Positions 27,201 through 34,380 are shown, numbered from the stretch's first letter. The stretch is 64,000 nt of DNA from Candidatus Magasanikiibacteriota bacterium (GCA_963802255.1 CAWDHY010000001.1:171842-235841), one strand, 5' to 3'. The notes: a model not told the origin generated them from the sequence alone. Translations and numbers: made by a program.

Positions 27201-29791
27201 TCTTTATGACCGATGGCTGGCAGGCATCGAACGAAAGGATGAGAATCACAAGTGATGGTTTTGTTGGAATTGGCACAAAAACTCCTTCCACAACCTTGTC
27301 TGTAAATGGGACTTCAACAATGAAAAATGTTGTGCCGGCTTCAAGCTTAGCTTATGATTTGGGTAATTTTGAACGTAATTGGAATAGAGTATGGGCTACT
27401 TTATATAATATAAACAATCAGAATTCTTTGGCCGCGATTGAGTCCGTTGCGTCATATGGACCGACATCAACATCTATCAATGGCACTCTTTCTATCACAG
27501 ATCCGGATAATCCAAATCGCACCGGCCGTTATATGGATTCTTATAATATTGCCACATTGTTCCCTGGCATTCCTAGCGGTTCTTCTGTAACAGTATCATT
27601 AACTTCAGGTGTTTTTGATACATATTTACAAATTGTTTCTGATACCGGGTCAGTTACGTATAATGATGATGATGGCGGTTCCGGAACAAATTCATATTTG
27701 CAATTTACGTATGACGCCAGCTCAACCTATAGCATAGTCGCCACAAGTTATTCAAGTGGAGCAACCGGAGCATATAACCTTGCGGTGGATGTGGTAAATG
27801 CAGCTTTGGATGCGGGCATAGCTTTTTACGATGCAGTAAATGGAGGAGGAAACAACTTGCTTACCGTATTGAACAGCGGGAATGTCGGTATTGGAACTTC
27901 CACTCCGTCATCGGTGCTCACTTTGAGCGCAAATAAGGAAGACATGATTATGGTCAGTAATAGTTCAACTAATAATTCCTTATTGGTTGGTAAATATTTG
28001 TCCAAGAATTTTGGTATGTCTCTTGAGACCGGTGCGCAAATTCAATATAACTCATATTTCGGCGAAGAGTTTATGCGAAACCGGACCAGCCTTACTGCTG
28101 ATACTTTGAACGGTTGGGGAGATTTCCAGCAATTTACCACTGATGAAAATACTGCTTGTACATGGAATATAGTTAATGATGTAGTGAATGGTATTAGTCA
28201 ACAGCTAACCGGAGCGGGGAGTTCATGTTTGCTTTATCATGGCCAGGCGCTTGCAAATTCTCACTTGGTTTTTGACGCTGATAATTTACCGGTAATTTTG
28301 ATGAAATTGTACCCATCAGCTGATTCTGCGACGGCCCGTTTATGGGCAGGTATCAGCGACTTGGCACAAGCGCAAAATTCTGACCCAACAAATGGAATAT
28401 ATTTCACAAATAACACGGGCACAGGAGATTGGCGTGGTGTTACAAGGCGTGGTGGAACATCAACGAATGTTGAGTGTACCGGCCAGACAATAAATAATAC
28501 TGTATTTGCCATCGCAAAAATTGAAGTTGTCTCTTCAACCGGAGCCGGTGGAGGGTCGGTTAAATTCTATATTGATAATGATACGACAGATGGTATAAAT
28601 TGGACTTATTGTGGAGAATCAACAACTAATATCCCGACTGTTGGCCTGACTTCAATGCTCATGAACTATTCAACTGCGGCGCACTCGTTGTATGTTGATT
28701 ATTTCCGTATCTGGCAGGATGATTCTTCACCTGAAATTCCATCAGAGCCGGAAGAGATGAAAGAAATTCCGGAGATCTTGTCATTGGATGAAAGAATTGC
28801 ATTATTGGAGAGTGCTTTTGCATCCACAACCGCAGATTTGACCGAGATGAAGACCACGCTTGATAACCAAGGTATATTAGCAGGTGAACAAGCTGAACAA
28901 ATAGCTGAAATTATTGATTCGGTAAATATTTTAAATGTTTCATTAGATGAGACGAAGTCCATGATTGCCGCTATAAATGACAGGGTAATAGTTTTGGAAG
29001 ATACGGCGATTTCAACAGAGGCTTCATTTGCTGATCTTAATTTAGCCATTACTGATATTAATGTCAGATTAGAAGCTTTTGCGTCATCTACTGTAGGTAT
29101 GGATTTTAGCAGTGGTGTTTTTGGTGACCTTTTTGCCAATGCCCTCATTGTTGATAGTCTTGCGATATTTAACGGGCCGGTGAATATGAATAAGCACGTT
29201 ACCCTTGGGGAAGATACGGTCGGTCAGGCTCAGATTCTCGCAGGACACAGCTCAACCACTGTAACATTTGCTGAGCCATACGAAATATTGCCGATTATTT
29301 CAGTGACACCGCTTGATTTTGACGGAAAATGGAAACTCTCTGAAGTGACAACTTCCAGCTTTAAGATTTCAATAAATGAAATTCAGTATATTGATATCAC
29401 ATTTAATTGGCAGGCATTTGGCGCTTCACCAGAATCAAAAATATTTGTTTCGGACGGGACATCGCGATTAATTGGTCTGGTGATTGTCTATAGCCCACCG
29501 GCAGAGGAAACTCCGGTTGAAGAACCGGTCGTTGAACCACCGGCAGAGGAAACTCCGGTTGAAGAACCGGTCGTTGAACCACCGGCAGAGGAAACTCCGG
29601 TTGAAGAACCGGTCGTTGAACCACCGGCAGAGGAAACTCCGGTTGAAGAACCGGTCGTTGAACCACCGGCAGAGGAAACTCCGGTTGAAGAACCGGTCGT
29701 TGAACCACCGGCAGAGGAAACTCCGGTTGAAGAACCGGTCGTTGAACCACCGGCAGAGGAAACTCCGGTTGAAGGTGGTGGAGCGGAATAA
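18296..29791 (+). CDS. Giant (~3830 aa) secreted tail-fibre/adhesin-like surface protein
   Basis: Uninterrupted 11.5-kb ORF with signal peptide, INYQARL domain, many (V/I)GIGT(T/S)TP repeats, two beta-helix-like regions, a PPC-like domain, a coiled coil and a Pro/Glu tail. Start MKKTAK preferred over 18254. Confidence 0.85.
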   Translation: MKKTAKNIMLGVFILLVFLLADLASAIPNAINYQARLRDNLGAPIIASTTVQFSIYNNLTGGAPTDTPGQSGPLLWTETYDQASGACVKVSPDANGYFTLTLGECVAFPGYLDFSSGTYYLGVKIDTDAEASPRVKLNSHPYALNSDRVDGFHATSTATANQLLALGNDLSFNIGTGSYSGAGISLTSSTATSSISGNLSVIGNSTFATATIDNLILTNPLTLTNLNFTNATGTNLSLTNLTVSGTSTLGIINAGTWQGSIIDPAYGGTGQDTSGWSGFVKLSAGVWSTSTISLTSDVSGILPIANGGTNASSFSPYQFLWFDGSQLTASGFTSSSFLTYGTDDWVDITGDTMTGALIINNDLSVTGTSTLATTSASNLRLGDAYLFPTDAPILVSYKQYTDLTNFEFFPAHAFIVDLLPTADSSSTINSLISLTTNENSTTSFDLIAGTLSQVIHNGSGVVGAAVGSLSVAELASATGSINFAVGVAGQVNNGIENSTYSGTINMAAGVLAMIENGIGGGTIGNAAGLMTNITIDDGFINSAYGARINNPTSNSASGTIGELYGLYIEEQNFATTSNYNIYSGGASSTNYFGGRVGIGTTTPSYNLHVVHNENYNGPLVTFENINNGASSTELMQFKVGNYGGGIGVAGENFSDWGLTNIAGYTALVSGFPGASGNGLALLAGQSGNIIFYSGGYGPPTMDTERMRIENDGRVAIGTSSTFEMLTVAGGINIGATTTPTSTAGTIAFNGTDFIGYTGSSWVSLTAGIGGVTGSGSIGQLSFWDSASSITGTTSLFWDDANGYLGIGTSTPASIFYAVEDNDSWTMAQVHNLNTGPSSTASLIVRVGEDWGGGLFQASPNFSDYGLANLAGYTVLLSGAPDIQSNGLALAATGDGNMIFYAGGNGPPTADVERMRIESNGFVGIGTSTPNYLLDIFSTSSTVDLFRASNGSTGLFTINNNGRVGIGTDVLTGNNRLQINVGSSTPTISAVSSVFEIDSESGDFSDFNFRLSTTGTGSYPAMYFSRSRGTLAVPEISQNNDILGENIFQGYFGTDFQKAATIRATVDGNPTTWAVPGKLSFFTAPDIATGTAPLERMTIRNTGDIGIGTTTPLAKLDIYGDLILSGSDRYLNFNNATGSDGYGLRDNGGRIQFKHESGSWEDLYGKINHIINVAKSGGDFSDIGEAIAFANSSTYDVIVNIYPGIYEVSSTLEITSSYIKGIRGMSLSGVILTPTDALVTAAEPVFDINFTSSSSNFSMSEFTIDGSGASGFKDTTGCDAINISSEGTDWLELEKLYISDVNRGIDLQVANLADIYHVDFYNIGNAGVYIDNGGILQVENSYMEESDTYYAYIDSTTGASEFYMVGSEFGSYNDSGTGLYMAGDNSYSEIRYSNMWGLDNNIVVNDASTVKVTASYLQKALTYNVVQNGDSTVNISSSDGAFSSTDISINNADNVYFYALAEEESTVLFGRHDNIDQDILKVDTGQALLPKLSYRKDYYGNSGLLFINDNPGEETMFGVQATSSWARLSAVSGDRGTGAALLLYSDTEDFGTTSSLRGWAMSRNGADANLIFSFDNSDTGDSKSVVEDNRVMELDGFNTQMLVKGGAIFNTSSGAFDFIVHGDSDDNLLFVQGSSDNIGIGTSTPGYKLTVDGDVNITGAYRINGVSLTTLNPGTLTGQFAYWDGSAWSPTSSVFISSDGKIGIGTTTPLNALSVSGGIYVASGTPANTDFALYNNNGQLYWNGLPVMGGSTSTYIIDSDGDTRVMTENSPDEDYIRFETAGVQRMVIDNNGLIAINTTTQDGRAMYIYGDINSDVTLALHNNNAGVSSTAELALYNDLGKIGGLAGLSSGWNDGLPGISGSLALYSVSDLLLSTMGAGGDIIFDVDPSDEFRSLTIAGVGGANAGYVGIATSSPLAPLDVYGNMILSGDNRYINFGTTTGVAGYGFRDNNGVMELRNINNNLNVWSEIVVGDALLEANVIYVSGESGNDVFSGMSPAKAKKTIGAAITAAAASTTANSTYLVKVAPGTYNENISMADYVRIEGSGRNTVVSGTITSNVNTSTVLEKIRVVSTNDYAIKLTGAGRTNLNNIVVEANYNNDAAVQAAVYQEKGTLYAMGGTSQYKLTRSNDAAGTKINTLFYLSGSNLIRSNILNLEAQVVTYDTTDDLSYIYTDNSNASSVATVKDAVVSFSVYGNPPANFIKYIYHSGASLNSYIDASFLTAVAIFPGTVNFVPAYIANSGSTSTVKITNSTFNWAGAGISENSVYLSAAITDKDQVSLVENSFGTVSDIFPVAYTTDGSSGTIRYFIENGLGNIQNTAFTTYNGSFGIGTSTPYDLLEIWGVDLTSSPTSSRNYITVVANGNGETGNYFRRVNSGGYDNGWSWYMPTSSMDFRLWDDSVGAEGDDVLTVQAGTGNIGIGTALYDPLNKLHVDGGIYLGDTASATSTYSLYNIGGALYWNGNLLMSAGGSAANWILASHNGLNLTTSTSIPVWFQDSVYASSSLYVDGGSYLATTTISNATVGYLVINNTVTTTNLVATGNITLGGVARNTWPSGGGGDSNWATTSASVLYPSLTPPYAVVIGASVTSSDVIFEVAGDSYMSGDLNVGGSLTIDGNFQADYFTAVSTTAISYLGGGMVLGDPNATGITGYERIILSDDIGAFSDFSFKVAGNGYPVFNLGSSGGTTAAPSLTGNNNNLGGLDFYGYDGAAWQKAGGIIGQADGTPGLNNMPGKIVFSTTPTGSATPADRMVIDSRGFVGIGTTTPSAPLHVVTATSGPAMTILQKTIAGATNLNFVTNNNKYWQLSKRDATQDDKFIFYYVNDSGLFTNILTLGATGTVGINNENPNAMLTISGTSTYPLLNIMTSSSATGMYISNIGNVGIGTTDPNYHKLRVYADDSDVSAEVKTASSSKVALFNLKAGGDTNVLQLGYYGSTTPGFAGIPPDSAVFDAVAPGGAYIINEASGAPIVFMTDGWQASNERMRITSDGFVGIGTKTPSTTLSVNGTSTMKNVVPASSLAYDLGNFERNWNRVWATLYNINNQNSLAAIESVASYGPTSTSINGTLSITDPDNPNRTGRYMDSYNIATLFPGIPSGSSVTVSLTSGVFDTYLQIVSDTGSVTYNDDDGGSGTNSYLQFTYDASSTYSIVATSYSSGATGAYNLAVDVVNAALDAGIAFYDAVNGGGNNLLTVLNSGNVGIGTSTPSSVLTLSANKEDMIMVSNSSTNNSLLVGKYLSKNFGMSLETGAQIQYNSYFGEEFMRNRTSLTADTLNGWGDFQQFTTDENTACTWNIVNDVVNGISQQLTGAGSSCLLYHGQALANSHLVFDADNLPVILMKLYPSADSATARLWAGISDLAQAQNSDPTNGIYFTNNTGTGDWRGVTRRGGTSTNVECTGQTINNTVFAIAKIEVVSSTGAGGGSVKFYIDNDTTDGINWTYCGESTTNIPTVGLTSMLMNYSTAAHSLYVDYFRIWQDDSSPEIPSEPEEMKEIPEILSLDERIALLESAFASTTADLTEMKTTLDNQGILAGEQAEQIAEIIDSVNILNVSLDETKSMIAAINDRVIVLEDTAISTEASFADLNLAITDINVRLEAFASSTVGMDFSSGVFGDLFANALIVDSLAIFNGPVNMNKHVTLGEDTVGQAQILAGHSSTTVTFAEPYEILPIISVTPLDFDGKWKLSEVTTSSFKISINEIQYIDITFNWQAFGASPESKIFVSDGTSRLIGLVIVYSPPAEETPVEEPVVEPPAEETPVEEPVVEPPAEETPVEEPVVEPPAEETPVEEPVVEPPAEETPVEEPVVEPPAEETPVEEPVVEPPAEETPVEGGGAE
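29495..29773 (+). repeat. Perfect 42-bp coding tandem repeat, 6 full copies plus 27 bp
   Basis: Unit CCACCGGCAGAGGAAACTCCGGTTGAAGAACCGGTCGTTGAA encodes PPAEETPVEEPVVE. Confidence 0.97.
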
Positions 29792-29881
29792 ATTTTTCCT
29801 TTAAAAGATAATGTATTTAAATATTTTGATATTCCCGATTTTTTTGTTATACTAATTACTATATAAATTAATATTTTTATT

Positions 29882-30394
29882 ATGCCAATAAGAAAAGTAT
29901 CAGCCGTAAGTGACGTTCAGAATGCACAACCATCTCATCGCGAACCCGCTAAAAAGGAAGAAAACAGCGCTGGAACGGCTGCCATGGTAATCGTGATTAT
30001 TATTGCCGTATTAGCAGTAGCCGGTTGTGTGCTGATGTATTTAAAATATTCAATTGCTCAAAAGAAAATTAATGAGATGGCCACCCCGCAAGGTCAGCAA
30101 GAGATGGCAAAAAAGGAAGTGCAGGATATATTGAAAAAAATTGGCGCGCATATTGTAATACCAACCGATGAAGAGCCGACAATAGCTACGGTCACGGATG
30201 CCGATGCCTTAAAGAAAGAACAGCCTTTTTATCGCGATGCGCAAAATGGCGATAAGGTAATTATCTTTATGCAGGCAAAAAAAGCAATTATATATAATGA
30301 AGGGAAAGATATCCTTGTGAATGTCGGGCCGATATTTGTAAACGAAACTGAAACTCCCGCGGCAAACGTGGAAGATATCAGTATTGATGAATGA
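29882..30394 (+). CDS. Single-TM hypothetical protein (CPR-conserved type)
   Basis: One TM, then EEPTIATV.D...L....PFY..A.NGDKV...KAIIY pattern. Confidence 0.75.
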   Translation: MPIRKVSAVSDVQNAQPSHREPAKKEENSAGTAAMVIVIIIAVLAVAGCVLMYLKYSIAQKKINEMATPQGQQEMAKKEVQDILKKIGAHIVIPTDEEPTIATVTDADALKKEQPFYRDAQNGDKVIIFMQAKKAIIYNEGKDILVNVGPIFVNETETPAANVEDISIDE

Positions 30395-30442
30395 GCTGGG
30401 TATTGACAGTCTTAAGTGGAATAGTATAAATTATTAAAGTCG

Positions 30443-30662
30443 CGTTCGGATGAGGACCAGCCCAGTTAATTCCGGTATTGAAACGGAATTGAACATGGTA
30501 CCACCCTCAGAGCGGCTACAAATTGAATTCACCCCGTTAAATACGGCCGAAGGCAGTCCTCTCTTTGCGAGGAATTTAATGGGGTAAAGATAAACATTCG
30601 GGTGGAACCGTCTTATGAAAAATAGGACCCCGATATCTATAATTTAGGTATCGGGGTTTTTT
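30443..30662 (+). promoter_or_regulatory. T-box riboswitch (Thr) leader of thrS
   Basis: Stem I 30443-30514 with ACC specifier candidate at 30500-30502; T-box GGGTGGAACCG at 30600-30610; antiterminator overlapping the terminator CCCCGATATCTA..TAGGTATCGGGG-TTTTTT. Confidence 0.85.
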
Positions 30663-30723
30663 ATAAATATTTATATATTTGACTGGATATATTTAAATCA
30701 ATTAATATTTTATAAATTTCTTT

Positions 30724-32505
30724 ATGAAGAATATTGAGATAATGCGCCATTCCTGTGCGCACATCATTGCCGCGGCAGTTAAATCGCTTTATCCGGAAGC
30801 TAAATTTGGCGTCGGTCCGGTGGTAGAAAACGGGTTTTATTATGACATAGATTTTCCAGAACCGATCGGTGAGGCGGAACTTGAAAATATTGAAATAAAG
30901 GCGCGTGAGCTGGTTACTCAGGGCATAAAATTTGAAAGAGAGGAGTTAGGGATAGACGAGGCTATAAAACTATTTAAGAAATTAAATCAGGATTATAAAG
31001 TTGAATTATTAAATGATTTAAAAAGCAAGGGCACAACCAGAGTGGACGATAAAGAGGAAATAGAATTATCCGGAGATACTGTTTCAGTATATAGAACCGG
31101 AGAATTTATTGATTTGTGCCGCGGGCCGCATTTGGACTCGGGTAAAGAGATTGGAGTATTTAAATTAACAAAATTAGCCGGTGCCTACTGGAGAGGGAAA
31201 AATGAGAATCCCCAGCTTCAAAGAATTTACGGGGTTTGTTTTGAAAAGCAAAAAGAACTGGATGATTATCTGGCAATGATAGCGGAAGCTGAGAAGCGAG
31301 ACCACCGAAAAATTGGCGCTGAACAAAAATTATTTTTTATTGACGACTCTGTGGGAAAAGGGCTGATCATGTGGCAACCCAATGGAACAATAATCAAAAA
31401 TGAGGTGGAAAAATTGGCTATTGAGAAAGAGCGCGAGGCAGGATATGCGCGCGTTTCAACTCCTCATATGGCAAAGGAAGAACTATTTTTAACTTCCGGC
31501 CATCTGCCGTACTACAAAGACAGTATGTACCCGTCTATGGTTATGGATGACGGAACATATTATTTGAAGGCGATGAACTGCCCGCACCATCATATTATAT
31601 TCCGTCATGAGATGCGTTCATACCGCGATTTGCCTGTGCGTATCGCTGAATATGGGACATGTTACCGCAATGAATTGTCGGGTACATTAGCCGGGCTTCT
31701 TCGCGTACGCGGCCTCAACATGAATGACGCACATATTTATTGCCGAAAAGACCAGATTAAGCAGGAGTTTAAAGGTGTGCTTGATTTAACTATTGAATAC
31801 TATAAAATTTTTGGCTTGAAAGATTACTGGTTCAGATTGTCAAAATGGAGCCCGAAACATTTGGATAAGTATGTTAATGAGCCTGATAATTGGGAATATA
31901 GCCAGCAGGTAATCCGGGAAGTACTGGAGGAAAGTGGAGTCAAGTTTGAAGAGGTTGATGATGAAGCGGCTTTTTATGGCCCTAAAGTGGATACACAGTT
32001 TCGCTCAGTTATCGGCCGCGAGGAATCCATGTCGACAATACAGCTGGATTTTGTAGCCAAAGAAAGGTTTAAACTTGTGTATACCGATGAAACCGGAAAG
32101 GATAATAACGAGGTATTTGTCATACACCGGGCGCCTCTTTCAACTCATGAACGATTTGTTGCATTTTTGATTGAACATTATGCCGGTGTTTGGCCGGTTT
32201 GGCTCGCACCTGTACAGGTGAGATTTATTCCGGTTTCGGAGAAGCATATGGATGGCGCGGCTGCATTGAACAAGGAACTATTTGATATGGGAATTAGGGC
32301 TGACATAGACGGTGCCAACGAGACTCTTGGTAACCGTGTGCGAAAGGCCGTTTCGGATAAGGTCCCATACATTGTGGTCATCGGGGATAAGGAACTTGAT
32401 GGAGAGGATTGGGTGATACGTATTCGCGGACAGGAAAAGCAGGAGAAAATGAGCAAACACAAATTTATTGAACGGATAGAGAGAGAAATAATTGAAAGAC
32501 AGTAG
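30724..32505 (+). CDS. thrS: Threonine--tRNA ligase (no N-terminal TGS domain)
   Basis: RHSCAH and DLCRGPH editing motifs, RDHRKIG, MNCPHH, AAFYGPK, IHRA. Confidence 0.98.
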   Translation: MKNIEIMRHSCAHIIAAAVKSLYPEAKFGVGPVVENGFYYDIDFPEPIGEAELENIEIKARELVTQGIKFEREELGIDEAIKLFKKLNQDYKVELLNDLKSKGTTRVDDKEEIELSGDTVSVYRTGEFIDLCRGPHLDSGKEIGVFKLTKLAGAYWRGKNENPQLQRIYGVCFEKQKELDDYLAMIAEAEKRDHRKIGAEQKLFFIDDSVGKGLIMWQPNGTIIKNEVEKLAIEKEREAGYARVSTPHMAKEELFLTSGHLPYYKDSMYPSMVMDDGTYYLKAMNCPHHHIIFRHEMRSYRDLPVRIAEYGTCYRNELSGTLAGLLRVRGLNMNDAHIYCRKDQIKQEFKGVLDLTIEYYKIFGLKDYWFRLSKWSPKHLDKYVNEPDNWEYSQQVIREVLEESGVKFEEVDDEAAFYGPKVDTQFRSVIGREESMSTIQLDFVAKERFKLVYTDETGKDNNEVFVIHRAPLSTHERFVAFLIEHYAGVWPVWLAPVQVRFIPVSEKHMDGAAALNKELFDMGIRADIDGANETLGNRVRKAVSDKVPYIVVIGDKELDGEDWVIRIRGQEKQEKMSKHKFIERIEREIIERQ

Positions 32506-32522
32506 ATAGTAATTGCTAGATT

Positions 32523-32553
32523 AAAAAACCTTCCGTTGCCTGGAAGGTTTTTT
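32523..32553. terminator. Bidirectional intrinsic terminator
   Basis: AAAAAACCTTCC-loop-GGAAGGTTTTTT. Confidence 0.8.
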
Positions 32554-33101
32554 AATCGTCTTTATTATTTTTCGGTTCCTTTTTTGCTTCCAGCATGGCT
32601 CTGGCAATCCTGTCAGATTTTCTTGTCTGTCCGAGATCGTCTGTTTCAGGCAATAAGACTCTGGTTATTGGCCCGTCAGCTTTAAATCCGCCGATCTCGG
32701 TCATGCGCGCAGAATCATTTTTTTTCTTCCCTTCTTTCAATTTCTCGCAGTACTGCATCAACAATATTATCATCTGGGGGCCTTTAGCTCAAGTGGAGGT
32801 CCAACTTTTCCGCAACTGGTGGTTCTTCGGCGTTTTGAGGGCCGCATGACATATGGGCTTTCATCTTCATCAGACAATACTTCTTTTTCTTTGGTAGGAG
32901 CCGGCGGTTTGGAATCAATTTTGGCACGTCTTTCCCCAAATCCTTAATTGGCATTCCAAATTCAATGTCAGCCGGAATATTTTCAGGTGTTTCGCCGGTT
33001 AAAACAGATAGTACATTATGAATACTAGCGCTTTTTGATATTTCTTTACCTGTTTTTTGGCGAAAATTAAATTGTCTTGGAGTTTCTTCTCGTTCTGACA
33101 T
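32552..33101 (-). pseudogene. Hypothetical gene apparently split by frameshift(s)
   Basis: ORF pieces 32784-33101 and 32552-32773 have natural-looking outer ends but a scrambled junction; the second piece lacks a convincing start. Confidence 0.45.
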
Positions 33102-33142
33102 ATTTTTTTACAAATAGCCCGCAATATGCGGGCGTATTTGTT

Positions 33143-33637
33143 TTAACCTGTTTTTTGATTTTTTTCGTTTCCGTAATCTTTTAAGTATGTATCAGTAGCA
33201 ACCTTGGCCCGATTAAACTGGTCGAGCCTTGTTTCTTCATCCGATTTTTTATTCACAATTTTTTTCTGCTCTTCTTCTTCAGTTTTTTGCATTTCAACTT
33301 CAGCATCAGTCATTTCGCTTATTCCGGCTTCGACTGTTTCGTCCACATCCAGGTCTTGAAACGCCTCAGCGATTTGTCCATCCTGGCTGCCGGTGTTATC
33401 CATTGCAGCGATACGCTTGTTAATTTCTTCAATCGCTTTTCTAGACTCTTCCGCATCTTTTGCAGCAAGAATTTGTTGTTTTTCTTGAGCGGCAATTTTT
33501 TTAGCCTCTGCTTCGGCGATTTGTCCGGCCTCGGCATTTTTTCCTAACCCTTGCCCGCGGCCACTGGTTTCCCAACTGTCGCTGTTTGCAGTATTTTCCT
33601 TATTAAAAGGATTAATCGGTTGGAATTTTTCACTCAT
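33143..33637 (-). CDS. Acidic coiled-coil hypothetical protein
   Basis: 164-aa E/K/Q-rich ORF; shares the DxDVDxxVEAGxxEMTxxEVxxQK motif with the upstream gene. Confidence 0.75.
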   Translation of the reverse strand: MSEKFQPINPFNKENTANSDSWETSGRGQGLGKNAEAGQIAEAEAKKIAAQEKQQILAAKDAEESRKAIEEINKRIAAMDNTGSQDGQIAEAFQDLDVDETVEAGISEMTDAEVEMQKTEEEEQKKIVNKKSDEETRLDQFNRAKVATDTYLKDYGNEKNQKTG

Positions 33638-33648
33638 ATAATTAATAT

Positions 33649-34224
33649 TTATGCTGTTTTTCGTTCAGCACTTATTGATAATACGTCGTCTAATTCTTTT
33701 GCGACTAAATCTAATTCCTCTTTTGAAACATCAGAATCATTATGTACATTCATTTCATAAGTTACATCTTCGCCACTTAATCCGTATTTGCTTTTAAGAT
33801 CGCCAAGCAGCTTATTTTCATGATTTAAAAGATACTCCTGTTCGTTTAATAATTTATCTCTTTCTTGAACAACCTTAATAAAATTCAGAATGTCATCCTG
33901 TTTGTCCTTGCTTAAATCAACCCAACCCGGCATTTTTGTTGGATTTTCAAAATACATTTCATCAATAATATCCCCGAAATTGCCAGCAGCTGAAATTTCT
34001 CCGTCAAGCCGTAAAATGTTTTTGGCATGCTGTTCTGAAAGAGTTTTTACAAGCAGATAATCGTGGCCTGTATTTTGCCACTCTTTGTATTTCTGTTCTT
34101 TAACTTCTTCCGGTGTCATTTCTTTGAGTCCGGCCTCAACAAATTTATCAACATCAAATTCGTCCTGAATTCCGCCAGTATCAGCAATAGGACTAAATTT
34201 TTTTGCTTCGTTTGGGTTCGCCAT
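33649..34224 (-). CDS. Acidic hypothetical protein
   Basis: 191-aa ORF directly downstream of a consensus sigma70 promoter. Confidence 0.75.
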   Translation of the reverse strand: MANPNEAKKFSPIADTGGIQDEFDVDKFVEAGLKEMTPEEVKEQKYKEWQNTGHDYLLVKTLSEQHAKNILRLDGEISAAGNFGDIIDEMYFENPTKMPGWVDLSKDKQDDILNFIKVVQERDKLLNEQEYLLNHENKLLGDLKSKYGLSGEDVTYEMNVHNDSDVSKEELDLVAKELDDVLSISAERKTA

Positions 34225-34258
34225 ATTTAAAATGTTAATTGTTGATGATAATGCACGT

Positions 34259-34322
34259 ATTATAGCATTTTTTGGCTATTTTGTCAACATCTATTGACAA
34301 AATAGCATAAATCTGTTAGATT
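34259..34322. promoter_or_regulatory. Back-to-back divergent sigma70 promoters built on an inverted repeat
   Basis: Minus strand: TTGACA(34287-34282)-17-TATAAT(34264-34259). Plus strand: TTGACA(34294-34299)-17-TAGATT(34317-34322). Confidence 0.8.
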
Positions 34323-34380
34323 ACAGAGTTGCAAACACGCACATTCAAAACTCATGCGAACGCATGCGGGACGGAGGATA

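Noticed and set aside
29495-29773. Possible CRISPR array
   Set aside because: The units are contiguous and identical with no spacers, lie in frame within a CDS, and no cas genes are present.
8932-29791. Prophage or contractile injection system (baseplate-J-like and tail-fibre-like genes)
   Set aside because: No capsid, terminase, sheath, tube or integrase genes; the proteins carry signal peptides or TM anchors typical of cellular surface proteins.
18296-29791. Diversity-generating retroelement target
   Set aside because: No reverse transcriptase and no near-identical repeat pair differing at adenines was seen; the internal duplications are diverged at all positions.
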